This document shows positions 29,316 through 41,520 of a stretch of 64,000 bases of DNA, in pieces. Position numbers and translations under genes: made by a program. Position 1 is the first letter of the stretch, and the number at the start of each line of letters is the position of its first letter. The stretch is from Obrimoposthia wandeli (Eukaryota): positions 248,001-312,000 of the forward strand of contig CDROCS010004848.1 in assembly GCA_977020255.1 (NCBI GenBank), in the 5' to 3' direction. The notes below the pieces were generated by a model. The model made no database searches, had not been told where the DNA came from, and saw nothing but the letters and a program-made list of their open reading frames with translations.

Positions 29316-30884
29316 TACATATACTCTTTCATTTTAATATTGTTTTTATTATCATAGAAGTTTTCTTATTGAAATGTACAATGTTAGAGCTATTGCAGAT
29401 GGAATACAAAAATTAATTAATGAATATTTGGCTATAATTTTATTTATTTGTGTTAGATTTCTAAATTCTCGAATAACGTGTGATCTAACCAATATTTCAA
29501 TGTTATCTCTTGTTATATCATTATTTTTTAATTCTGATAAAATTTCTTTACCCCAAATTTTTCCAGAAAATATTTCGTCGGCAAGCCGATCCACTTCATT
29601 GTCTCTATTTATAGTATTATTCATTTGAAACAATTTTTCAATCCCAATATCATAACTTTACCACTGGAAAATATATTTTCTCTGCAGTTTTAATATGATT
29701 TATCTGTTTCCCGAGATTAGCTGAAATTGTGATTGATTGTATTTCATTGATTCGAATTCCAAATGGTAATTCGAACCCAAGCATTGGTATTTTGCATCCC
29801 ATAACACGAAAACTTCCTAAAATAATTCAATATGAAAATAAAATAAAAAAACTAACAGTAGGTGGATGTGTCCGGTCTAATCCACACCCCCTCCCCCCCT
29901 TGTCCTTTAAAACCGTGCATGTGTGTGGAGTGAAATTTCGTGTAGGTGTGTGGAGTGAAATTTCACTCCACACACATGCACGGTTTTAAAGGACAAGGGG
30001 GGGGGGTCGGGACCGACATTGGTCACAGATGTACGGATATCTCGTTCTCATATAGGTCACAGACTAGCTTGTCGATGTACGGATGTCTCNNNNNNNNNNN
30101 NNNNNNNNNNNNNNNNNNNNNNNNNNNNNNNNNNNNNNNNNNNNNNNNNNNNNNNNNNNNNNNNNNNNNNNNNNNNNNNNNNNNNNNNNNNNNNNNNNNN
30201 NNNNNNNNNNNNNNNNNNNNNNNNNNNNNNNNNNNNNNNNNNNNNNNNNNNNNNNNNNNNNNNNNNNNNNNNNNNNNNNNNNNNNNNNNNNNNNNNNNNN
30301 NNNNNNNNNNNNNNNNNNNNNNNNNNNNNNNNNNNNNNNNNNNNNACCGAAACAACCCCACCCTCCGCCCGCCCCTTCGGGGCGTGCTCCATTCTCGTGA
30401 AAATAACAACAAAAACATGCGCTGCAGTATCACTTTACCTCTCACAACTACACATTTAGACAACCCGTGTCACACCCTAACATACACCACCCGCCCCTTC
30501 GGGGCGGGCTTCATTCTTGATCTATAGGCACGAAAAAACATTACAAAAATATATTATTTGAATAAGACGCAATTTTTTTTGCGCCAAATTTAAAATTTTC
30601 AAAATGGCTTTTAAAACAAAAAAATTAAAAATTAAAATAAAATTGTTTACAAAATTTTTAGTTTAAAAATAAAATTTTCCACATAATTTTTTACAACAAT
30701 TTTTATAGTTTAAAAATAAAATTTTCCTCATAATTTTTTACAACAATTTTTATAGTTTAAAAAAATAATTTTACACAGAACTTTTATACTCTAGAATTAA
30801 AATTTTACACAAATATTTATTAAACCAAAGAGAAAATTAGGTACAATAAATTTGTGACATACAAATTCAAACATACAAAAACAA

Positions 30885-31345
30885 TTATTCAAGTGAAAAA
30901 TAATCTGGATATCTATGATGTCCGTTGACAACTGACCGGTTTTTCTCTACCCATTTTCTCTCATCGTCATTGCTACTCAATGCGATCTTACTCATATTTA
31001 CGGTATAGAGCTGGTGATTAATTGAACTAATGCCTTGTTGTTGCACTCGTTCACTCTCATATGCAGCTAAATAATTCGCATGGCGTAACACAGTCTGCTT
31101 AACACTAATTCCCTTTGCTATCATCTGGGACTTTCTGTCTATAGTTTCTAAGCTATATAATTTGGAGCGTAAAAATACCCATTGCTTATATATACATTGC
31201 TTAATCTCATCCTTAAACTTGCCTATCGCAGTAATGGCTAAAGGATGGTTTATAGAAAATTTTGATGTGTCTAATAATCCATCTGAAATCATTGCAGACA
31301 ACAGTGTAGCTTGCACGTCTACATTATGACACTTTAGAAAAAAAA
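30885..31345 (-). pseudogene. pPolB C-terminal fragment inside the inner element
   Basis: LLDTSKF, IGKFKDE, FLRSKLYS, AKGI and LSSNDDERKW match 52870-53354. Confidence 0.9.
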
Positions 31346-32759
31346 TTCTAATTTGGATATAAAAAGTTCGATTTTTAATCATTTTATGTTTATGGATTTT
31401 AGAATACATTTTATCGTGTATATTTCAGAATAATGTAAATTAAGATGCAAAGTTGAATCTTATATTAAGGATTTTAGTTGACAAATGAATTTACTGTGTA
31501 ATTTTTCTGAATAATGTAAATTTCGAATTAGAAAGTTCGATTTTCAGTCAATTTATAGATTAGAAGATACATTATCAAGGATTTTTAGAATAATGCAAAT
31601 TATAATGCAAATAATTGATCATTTTACAATGAATTTACCCATATTTCTATAAATTTTCTTTGATTTTAGTTTAAGGACAAAATTACTTTCAGAACAAATA
31701 AGTTGTATTTACTGACGATTCTTATGTGCCAGCGCGTCAATAAAGTTTTCATGGTTTCTTATATGGTAGATGCACTAATTGGATTTCTCTTCAACATATT
31801 TAAAGGATTCCTCCGTGTAATAAAGATATAATTTGAAGAGAGTATATAATGATCAATAAGTGAGAGTTTATTACGGACAATTATACGGATAATTAGAGAG
31901 ATTACTTTGATCAATTTACGATCAAGAGTATATTATTAATCTACATCTTTAACTAAGAATTTTATTAAATTTCAAAATGATTCATTAAATCTAAAATGTT
32001 CTCTACTTTCTTTAAAAAAGGTTTTTTGTGTAAAATAATCTGTAAAAGTTTTGTTACTAAAAAATGATTAGTTTCAAAGAATATTGTTTGAAGATTAGCT
32101 TATTTAAGGAAATTAATCTATGTAATAAATAATTAATTAAATTATCACTAGTAAACATCGGTTATCAATACTATATTGGAACATTTTGTTTAGAAATTAT
32201 TACATCAGGACTAGAAATGGATTAAATTATATTCTCTCTTTCGATTCATTTAAACCTAAAATTATTTTCAAGTATCATTTATTGATATAATTTATTCAAT
32301 AATGTTTAGAGTATGTATTTATCTCAGTCATAATTTATTCATATTACTTCAGTCTATTGATAACTATATTCTCAAAACATAATTTTTCATTGATCGATAT
32401 CTCAAACAAGAAAATTCTTGCAAAACTCTACAAGCTTATTGATGTTATCAATATTATGGAAACTTATTTTCAAACATCAACAACCAGTCGATTTATTACT
32501 TCAAATAAATTGGTTTAGTAAAGAAATTATACATAAAAGGTTCTATAAGAGAAATTAAGAAGATGCATGAGATTTGTTACATTTAAATGAGATATGACAT
32601 AGGTGTTTATAAGGTTAAAGAATAGAAAATAATGGATAGAGTTTTAGAAGAGAAACTCACGATTTGTTCAAAAGGTTCTCTAGAAGAGTAATTAATACAT
32701 ATAAAGATAAGTAGCGGTTCAGAGGAGAAATTAACGATAATTTTAGGAAGTATCAAAAA

Positions 32760-33660
32760 TATAGCCCAGATTGGATTATGAAGTGAAATTGATGTGATTT
32801 ATTTAAGAGATTTAGGAATGGAATTTAGGAAGTTTATTACATAGAAGAGGAAATTTACGAGGTATTTAGAAGGTTATAGAAGAAATATTAATGCATAGAA
32901 TGGTTATAAAAGACAAATTGAAAAAGTGTTCAAGAGGTTTCAGAAGATATATTATAGATTTGAAGGGTTTAGAAAAGATTTAGCAGGAATGTTTAGGAGG
33001 TATCAGAAAATATAGCCTTAAAAGGCGTTTAGAGAAGTATTTAAAAGGAGTATTTAGGAAGTTTCAGAAAAAAGAAATTAAAATTGGTTCATAGGGGAAA
33101 TTAAAGGGTTCAAAGGAGGATTTCAAGAGGAAATTAGACGGATTTAGAGGGAGATTTAAAGGGATATTTAGATGGTTAAGAAAAGAAATTAAAGCCTAAA
33201 GGGTTCAAAGGAGATTTTAACCGAGGAGTTCAGAAGAGAAAATATAACCTTAAAGGAGATAAAAGGAGGATTTAACGGATATTTCAAGAGGTTTCAGAAG
33301 AGGAAATATAACTTAAATTGGTTCAGAGGAGAATTTATATGGGGAGGTTTCAGAAGAAATTAAAGGAATTTAGAGGGAGATTTAACAGGGAGTTCAAGAG
33401 GTTTCAGAAGAAGAAATTAGATGAATTTAGAGGGAAATTTAACGATGATGTTTAGATGGTTCAAATTAAAGCTTTGAAGGGTTTAGCAGGGATGTTTAGG
33501 AGGTTTTGGTAAATATAGCCTAGATAGCTAGATTGAATGAAAATAAAAGCGATGGATATAAGGTTAGTAGGATTCAGAAGAAAAAATATAGGATATATTT
33601 GACTTTGAAAGGAAATTTAATGTGAGTTAGAAGATATTTAGGTGGTTTAGAAGGGAAATA
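32760..33660. repeat. Purine-rich degenerate minisatellite
   Basis: Recurrent GGATTTAGAGG / AGGTTTCAGAAG / GGAGATTTAA words with strong G+A skew on the plus strand. Confidence 0.6.
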
Positions 33661-36283
33661 AGACTACTGTTCTAAAACTGTAGTGAAATCGTATTTTATC
33701 AAAATTCCGGTCATTTAAGATTATGATATAAGCGATCATATTGAATTTCAGCTTTATAGTGATTCAAGCGAGTTATACCAAAAATTAATCATAAGTATTT
33801 TACTCATATTTCGGTCATAACGAAGACAATTTTTACAAAAGCAGAGATATTATTCAAACTTTACCACCTTCTTATAAATTTTTTCGCATATATTTTGGAA
33901 AATGATGTTAGTGTTAGAATTAGAATATTAGAACTAGAGTATTAGAAGTTAGAGGTTAGATATTGAGTAATAACGATTAGTGGACATATTCCCAATTATT
34001 GATTTTATAGTTGAAAATAGCTGCTTATAAGTCAATAGGTATTAAGGAAAACTTAAAGAAACAACTTCTAAGTATTGATATAGTCATCATATTTTTATAA
34101 AAAATCAGGTAAAATCTTTATGATTACTATTAATAGTTTTGGTTCATATAAATGGATTCTATCTTCATTAAAAAATACTTTAAATCAATTAATATTAAGA
34201 CATTGAATGAAAATTAACGATTTCATTAATACATAGTAAATAAGTTATTTTCAAAGAGAGTTTTATCGAAGTCATCAATATTATCGTTCCAAAGCCAATA
34301 TTTCATCTATTCCTTCTACATTCCTTCAATTAAAATCAAAGCTAGGTATGCTATTTTTTTAAAGATAATGTTTGAAGTATTTTATTGAAATTTAGATGCA
34401 ATAATGAAGAATAGTGTTAAAGAATTGATATATGTGAGGAAATTAAGAATTATACCTGGTTTGTTTGACATATATAATCAACCTCTTGTTTGATATTTTA
34501 AAAAATTAGGGTTGATAATAGAGGTTTATGGGAAGGAAAGTTATTGAGAATTATAGGAAAATTTATCATTATGTTCTAAAAGTTGGACTTGTGATATATG
34601 AAGAGATTATACCCGGATTGTTATATATGAGAAAAGATAGTAATTAAAACGGATGCAATATTCAAGAATATAAATGATTAATTACTATTTATATATATTT
34701 CAAAAGGAAAAATATTGAAAATTTCTAAGAGTATTAGTGAGAATGAATCAAATAGTTACAGAGACATATCTATCCATTACTTATCAATTTCATCCATAGT
34801 TTCAATCAATAACTTCAAACATAACAGAGAAATCTCTGGAAGATGCTTCGTGATCATAAATAGTCTTAACCCAAGATCTCAAAGAAAGTTATACCGAAAT
34901 TATATAGATTTAACTAATATTCAAATGTTATGTTATTTTCACGAGAATGGAGCACGCCCCGAAGGGGCGGGCGGAGGGTGGGGTGTTTCGGTGGTGTTGT
35001 TTGTGGTGTTNNNNNNNNNNNNNNNNNNNNNNNNNNNNNNNNNNNNNNNNNNNNNNNNNNNNNNNNNNNNNNNNNNNNNNNNNNNNNNNNNNNNNNNNNN
35101 NNNNNNNNNNNNNNNNNNNNNNNNNNNNNNNNNNNNNNNNNNNNNNNNNNNNNNNNNNNNNNNNNNNNNNNNNNNNNNNNNNNNNNNNNNNNNNNNNNNN
35201 NNNNNNNNNNNNNNNNNNNNNNNNNNNNNNNNNNNNNNNNNNNNNNNNNNNNNNNNNNNNNNNNNNNNNNNNNNNNNNNNNNNNNNNNNNNNNNNNNNNN
35301 NNNNNNNNNNNNNNNNNNNNNNNNNNNNNNNNNNNNNNNNNNNNNNNNNNNNNNNNNGTACATCGCCAAGCTAGTCTGTGACCTATATGAGAACGAGATA
35401 TCCGTACATCTGTGACCAATGTCGGTCCCGACCCCCCCTTGTCCTTTAAAACCGTGCATGTGTGTGGAGTGAAATTTCACTCCACACACCTACACGAAAT
35501 TTCACTCCACACACATGCACGGTTTTAAAGGACAAGGGGAGGGGGGAGGGGGGGTGTGGATTAGACCGGACACATCCACCTACTACTAACCTGTGGAAAA
35601 ATAACAACTGTGAAATTGTCAAACCTTTTTGTAAAATTTTTTTGGGGGTACTTCTTTTGTCCCCCGCCCCCGATTTGTTGCTTCTTTTTTTTTCAAAATT
35701 TCACTTTACACACACATGTACGAAATTTTACTCCACACACATGCAAGGTTTTAAAGGACAGTGGTAACCCCCCAGGGAGAGGGGGTGGATTAGACCGGAC
35801 ACATCCACCTACTAACGACCACTGCAATTGGCAGTTGGGGTCTAACCAAGAGATTGACTTGTGTTGTTAAGCCGGGCCTTCTAAAAGCCGAAAGTTGCTC
35901 AGTAAGGCTGGCCATTTCTTATGTTTTAGGTGATTATATTTTTTATTTTATAGCAATTTTTAAGCGGATTTTGGATTATTTAAAGAAAATTTGTGGTTTT
36001 GAAGAAGTTGAAGAAGTTGATGTTTACTTGCTCAATAATGTATATCATACGTCTGCCAGAACAAAATAAATATCTTGCATAAGTGTTCTAATGAGTGCAA
36101 GGATGACGATGTTTAGTATCTCCGCGTATACTTCGCAGCATCAACTTCTTTTTTTAATTACCCTTGGCTTATATAAGGAATTTTTGGATAATCCTCATTC
36201 TTAGATAGCGACCTGATTTCGTGGTATAATTGGCGATTATATTTCTTGTCACGGCTGGGGATTATATCCGGAACCTCGCGCAG

Positions 36284-36950
36284 CTCTCCGGGCCGGGTAC
36301 ACCGCCTGCAGCTGTGCCTGGCGGCCCTGCTGACTCTGGTATCGCTGCCACGCTGTCTAGAGCGCGGTCTGCTTTACTGCAGGAGTGGTGCCACTCTACG
36401 GCAGGTGCACAGTAGTGGGCCCCCCTCGCGGCTGTACGCACTGGGATACACCGCGGCACTGCTATTTCTGCTGCAGTCAGGCGGACCTCTTCTGTGCATA
36501 TGCGTGCTGGGTGCCCTTGTACTGCGGGCTGCAACCCGGCACCATCGCCGCCATCGGCACCACTCCCCACGCGCACAGACCGCTGCACATCGCCTTGTAG
36601 TGCTCATGTGCCTCCTCTTCCTCACCTGTGAGCTGCCCGCCTTCTTCTCCAAGACACTCCGTGGACCCCTGAGAGCTGCCGGCCATTACCGAGCCGACCT
36701 TGCCCTTGTGTTCGCTGCCAATACGCTGGTGCATCTTGACTCGCTGCTCAACGTCGGTGTGTACGCTCTCTCGCATCCTGAGTTCCGCAGACTCGCGCGC
36801 TCTCATTTCCTGTGCGTAATGTGCTTGTCGCGTCTCAGCAGAGGAGGAGGTAGCAGTGGCACGCAGACCAACCAGCACCTCAGTACTCAGATCCAGACCC
36901 AGCAACAGCCAATCTCGCAGACAGATATCGCTCTTCTCAAGACCACTCGC
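36284..36950 (+). CDS. Host GPCR, exon with TM4-TM7 and tail
   Basis: TM6 LFLTCELPAFF; TM7 DSLLNVGVYALSHPEFRR. Acceptor CGCGCAG|C (36283/36284) is phase-compatible with the 21803 donor. Probable donor GTGAGT at 36951; otherwise the ORF runs to 37091. Confidence 0.8.
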
Positions 36951-38339
36951 GTGAGTACCAATCCTCTACAACACATTAGATTGAGAACCGAGCCCACTTT
37001 TGATGCAAACATTTTTATTATTCTTTATTCTTTGCAGAAAATTTCTTTCATTTATTGCGGTTTTAATTTTACCATATTTAAAAAGCTCTGATTCTCTAGG
37101 GAAACTTATTGTGGTTGTTAAACTGTGGTTCGTCTGTAGTTCGTCTTCTACATTTCTTGAACATGCAATTTCCCGTACTTTCTCAACTTTGGAAAAGAAT
37201 TTTAATAAAAATTAACTCGACTTCCGATATGTGACATTTACCACCTCTCTTCTGAATATCCAGAATTCCGAACCACTCTCTCCTTTCGCTAAATTTGGCT
37301 TTATTTGTTCATCTCTAACCTTTATTCGATTTTCTGCATTTCGTGGAATCAAATTTAGAAATGTTTCTCTCTACACACCGTTTTTATGACAAATGAAACT
37401 GACATTTAATTTTAATATTTAATTTAAAAACGTTTAATAAAAATATAAGATTTTAACAAAACCTGCATTAGCTCGTTTTGAGGAATAAAAATGCCTTATA
37501 TAAAGTGGTCACGTTTATTGAACTGGACTTCTGTTGGAACATAATTTTACCTCTAAAAATTGAGTTGTTGGATAACTTCGGTAAAGCAAAAGTTCGATTT
37601 TCTACTCATATAATTAAAATTACAAAGATGTCATCGAAATTACATTATTTAAATTCTCATTTAACTTTAATCAATTAATCAATTATATGGGATAGATTCT
37701 CTACCAAGAATTAACATAAGTGATTTTCTGGAAATTGGAAATATTATGAGACCGGAGAAAACTTAGGACGATTTCGAGTAAAGGTTCTGATGAAAACACA
37801 GCATTAGTTTTGTAAGTGTATATTTTCGATTTATTTTATATTTTTTGTATTTGTTTTAATATTTATTTAAATTGAATGCTCATAAGGTGTACGGACATTA
37901 AAAATCCTAAATTCATTCATTAAATGATGCTAAATAAAAATAGCATTATTGACAATACTATACCGAGATGAATTGCAGATTTTATTGAGTGTCGTTGAAT
38001 TATTCAGATGTTTCAATAATCATTTTGAAATCAAAAACAAAATAAAGTGAAATCGGAAGTCATAAGTCTACAAATAATTTATTTATTTACAAAACAGGAT
38101 GGCCTGCAAAATTTATCAATTCATTTATTTGTTGTTTCTTTCATAATTATAATAAATATAATTATATTTTACAAAATCTCCTAATCTGCATTTAACTTTT
38201 CAAAGTGTACTTCAATAAATTGAAATACAAACACATTATAAAACGTATTAACTTTTACTATAAATTGTTCGCAGGAGTTTTGGTTAAATTGTCCAAAAAG
38301 ATATCCCTAGTAAAATTATTTACATTTTAAATATTGATA

Positions 38340-39065
38340 TTATTATAACAGGTAATAGGATTGACAAAGTTCCCGTGTGAATAAAATATCATACTACATT
38401 ATGAAATAATTTACTTGTAGTTGCCGAGGGCAAGCCAGATATCGCAGCTGAGTCCTGGGAAGCTCATGGCTGCATGGGCACGATAAAATCCCCGGTATAT
38501 AATCTTCCTCTCCATCGAATATGTTCACTTGATTTGGTGCTATATTAAATTTTCTGAAGAAATTAAAAAAAGGATTTAAATAAATAATCCAACCTCATCC
38601 GTAGATCGAATTTTCCTGAGTCATCTAACAGATGTCTGAAACACTTTAGCAGAGTTGGGAGCAACTGTATCGTCTACGGTTTTAGCTGATGACGTGAGTC
38701 CGTCCCAGTCATCAGTGAACAACCGCCAATCATCTTTAACTAACTCAGTGATGAGATAATCATTTCTGGGGTGGTTCATGATAAGTAAGCAGAGCTGAAG
38801 TAGGTAATGTTACACCATCCTCTTCTCCATGAAACTCAGCCAATTGAGGAAGTAACAACATCCCAATCCTCAACGAATGGAGCCAAAACAGCATCATCCT
38901 CATCGGGATCCTTCTGTGTTGTCGGTACGTAAGAGATGGCAACTTCATGCTGGTCAGCTTCGAGATCGCTGAAGCGATCCTCGTCAGAGTCAGCAGCAAA
39001 CAATGCTTCCAATTGAGACCGAGGGATTAATAAACATTGACATTGGTCTTTGATCGACGCCTCAT
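38340..39065 (-). pseudogene. Second copy of the intron-containing Polinton orphan gene
   Basis: KIRSTDE|GT versus KIKTTNE|GT at the same intron position (intron 38554-38593). The next exon, CATGCAGCCATGAGCTTCCCAGGACTCAGCT, aligns with AATGCAGCCAGGAGCTGCCAAAGATTGAGCT at about 26310. Confidence 0.7.
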
Positions 39066-40399
39066 TCTTTTAATATTTCTAAAACCCCTAAACTTGATTA
39101 ATTGTATATGATACATTTTAATAAAATCTTGCACAGTAATTTAATGACGGTGGTATGGAATAGTTGGCAAACATGAGGACTTGTACACTGTCAGCAAGTT
39201 TTAGATAAGAAATATCTGAAATTTTAGAAGCTTTTCTAATTTAAATGGTAGACCAACAATTTAGTTCAATTGCTCAAATTTGCTCTTGATAGAAGTGAAG
39301 TATCCCATTTGCTTAATCTTCCAAGTCTAGCCTATTACCTTGAAGTCATAACAGTATATCCTTGTAAAATGTCATACAAAAATGAAGATAGCGAAATCAT
39401 TTTAGGACACTGAATAAGATTTTTTCAAGATTTTTTTTCTTTCCTTAAGCATCTATTAAATTTCAATGTGCAGGATTCCGGAATGTAGGCCGTCTACTGT
39501 TCGAGGTCAGATCCTGCTCCAGCACCCAATTATCGAGAACAGGACCACTGTGTTTCTGAACCAATCGACCACCATATTCAGCATTTTAGTCGCGTGACGC
39601 TTCATTCAACTTGTAAATCCCCGAGACTCTGATCAGCGCGTTTAATAGTTTTAAAATTTCAAAATAAAATTTTAATATCAAACTTGTTAATTGTCTACTC
39701 CCATGCTAAATTTTTTGTTTTAATTTTTTCTCAAATTCTTTAATTTGACGCTGATAAAAATGTTTTTTGACATATTTTTGCTATAATACATAAAAGTAAT
39801 CATAGAAAATTACGTTATTTGACGGTGATAAAAATCAAGTTACTTTAGCAAAATTTATAGTAAAAATAATTATGCTGTTCAAAAAAATGACCAGGATAAA
39901 CGATTTGAAATATAGGATCTCAAAAGGGACTTGAAATTCACCCGGTATATACGAATATCTGAATGAACTCTTTCTATTCTAATACGTGTATATACATCCA
40001 AGTGGAGTCAAGAGCAATTTTAACTTTCTTTCAGATTTTTTTTCTTTCCCTAAGAATTTATTTAATTTCCATGTGCAGGATTCCGGAATGTAGGCCGTCT
40101 ACTGTTTTTTTTCTTTCTATTTCAGTCTATTATAATCCTTAGTCGTCAAGCAGAAAAATATCCATATATGTGCATCAAGCCAACTTCATTGACGATCTTT
40201 GTCTTGCCTATCTTATAGATTATGTGTTTCTATTTCTATTTCAGTTTATTATAGCTCTTAGTCTCAGTCAGAGCGATTGAGAACAAAATGGCTTCTTCGT
40301 CTATTTAAAGCGAGTATCAAAGCTTGAACATATGATTTTGCAAATTACGGTGACGATGAAGAAAAGGAGAACAATTACAAAATCTGATAAATACCTAAA

Positions 40400-40490
40400 A
40401 CGTGAGAGAGAAGATATGCTGCCGTGAGTGTGGAGCATGCGCTGCTCCATTGTTCAACAAGCCGTGTTTTGAGGAATTTCAACTGAGAAC
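40400..40490 (+). pseudogene. Possible piggyBac C-terminal Cys-rich domain remnant
   Basis: REKICCRECGACAAPLFNKPCFEEF resembles the piggyBac CxxC..LC...CFxxYH tail. No DDE core seen. Confidence 0.35.
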
Positions 40491-41100
40491 TTCTGCAAAT
40501 TGTTTGCTAAAAATAAACATTTATATGATAAAAACGTGCATACAATCACCTTTTTTAATTTTTAAACAAAAGAAAATATTTTGGTTTATTTTTTTTAGTT
40601 TATTTTACAACTACGTGGTTGAGTTATCAAAGGAGCTTATCAACATTTAAGTATTAAATGACCTTGGCTTGGATGCGCAATAAAATAAGACAGTGATAAA
40701 AAGTAAATAAATAGGCATATAAATATTTTATCAAAAATAGTTTCAAATTTATCATGCTAAAAGTTTTGACATTGTCAGATAGTTATTTGAAAAAGGCATT
40801 TGCATTTTCATACCCAACATCGAAAATATTATATAAGATCAGAATTTTTAATTTTTCTAACATTTGCAACTGAATAAAATTTCTAAATTTATAGCTAAAT
40901 GGGTTGATCAAAAAGAAACGAGATTTTCTGTAAACAATCTTTTCTACAATTGCCTGGAAATTCGTACAGTGCAATCTCGATTAAAGAGCATTTTGAAGAG
41001 TTTATTCAAAAAAATTGCATATCTAATGGTTAATCATTTTTATCCATACATGTAGAAGTTTCGAAAATACCACATTTCAAATTGGGTTTATTATATTTAA

Positions 41101-41268
41101 AATTGCAGCCAACTCTCTAAAGATCAAAGTTGCCAAATCCAACTATGGAGGACGACGTTAACGATGGTGATGTGGGAACTGGAAATTGCAGTCAACTCTC
41201 TAAAGCTCAAAGTTGCCAAATCCAACTATGGAGGACGACGTTAACGATGGTGATGTTGGAACAGGAAA
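41101..41268. repeat. 83-bp tandem duplication directly 3' of the RT region
   Basis: AATTGCAG.CAACTCTCTAAAG...GATGGTGATGT.GGAAC.GGAAAT at 41101 and 41184. Confidence 0.92.
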
Positions 41269-41326
41269 TATTTATGGGAAGTTTCGTGTTTCTAAATAAG
41301 GCATCGTAAGGAAGAAGGTTAACAAA

Positions 41327-41432
41327 ATAAGACTGGCAAATTTCTTTATTTTACGCCAGCTTATATATAAAAAGTCCACCCAATCACATCACGCCTGGAA
41401 TCCGAAGGTGGTAGGCAAGAAGTGATGTGACT
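41327..41432 (-). promoter_or_regulatory. Two adjacent stem-loops in the RT 3' flank, with TATA-like and AATAAA signals
   Basis: TCACATCAC (41384-92) / GTGATGTGA (41422-30) plus GCCT/AGGC with a 5-nt bulge. ATAAGaCTGGC (41327-37) / GCCAGCTTAT (41355-64) enclose a minus-strand AATAAA. Confidence 0.55.
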
Positions 41433-41520
41433 GAGTGAATCAAAGCTACGAGACAAAAAGTTTAAGCCATAAAAATAACGAGAGAACGAGACATAAAAAG
41501 GGATAAGAGACACACACAAT

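Larger units (their letters stand above)
29857..35584. mobile_element. Inner, younger non-autonomous Polinton derivative with TIRs of at least 550 bp
   Basis: Termini AGTAGGTGGATGTG..., perfect 6-bp TSD ACTAAC (29851-29856 and 35585-35590). TIR identity continues on both sides of the N gaps (to about 30410 and from about 34930). Confidence 0.93.
25247..35813. mobile_element. Outer non-autonomous Polinton/Maverick derivative
   Basis: Left end ATTAGGTGGATATGTCCGGTCTAATCC, right end GGATTAGACCGGACACATCCACCTACT, diverged TIRs of about 150 bp. TSD AGCGAC / AACGAC. Holds ATPase, chromo, penton and DEDD-like remnants. Confidence 0.85.

Noticed and set aside
30019-30527. Long ORFs spanning 30-30.5 kb and 34.7-35.5 kb in the ORF track
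   Set aside because: Artefacts of N gaps translated as X.
38779-38791. AGTAGGTAATGT as the left terminus of the large Polinton
   Set aside because: Lies inside the orphan gene exon, is not preceded by AATGTA, and has no subterminal repeat array.
41101-41268. CRISPR-like or DGR template/variable repeat interpretation of the repeats next to the RT
   Set aside because: Two directly adjacent 83-bp copies without spacers; the few differences are not adenine-specific.
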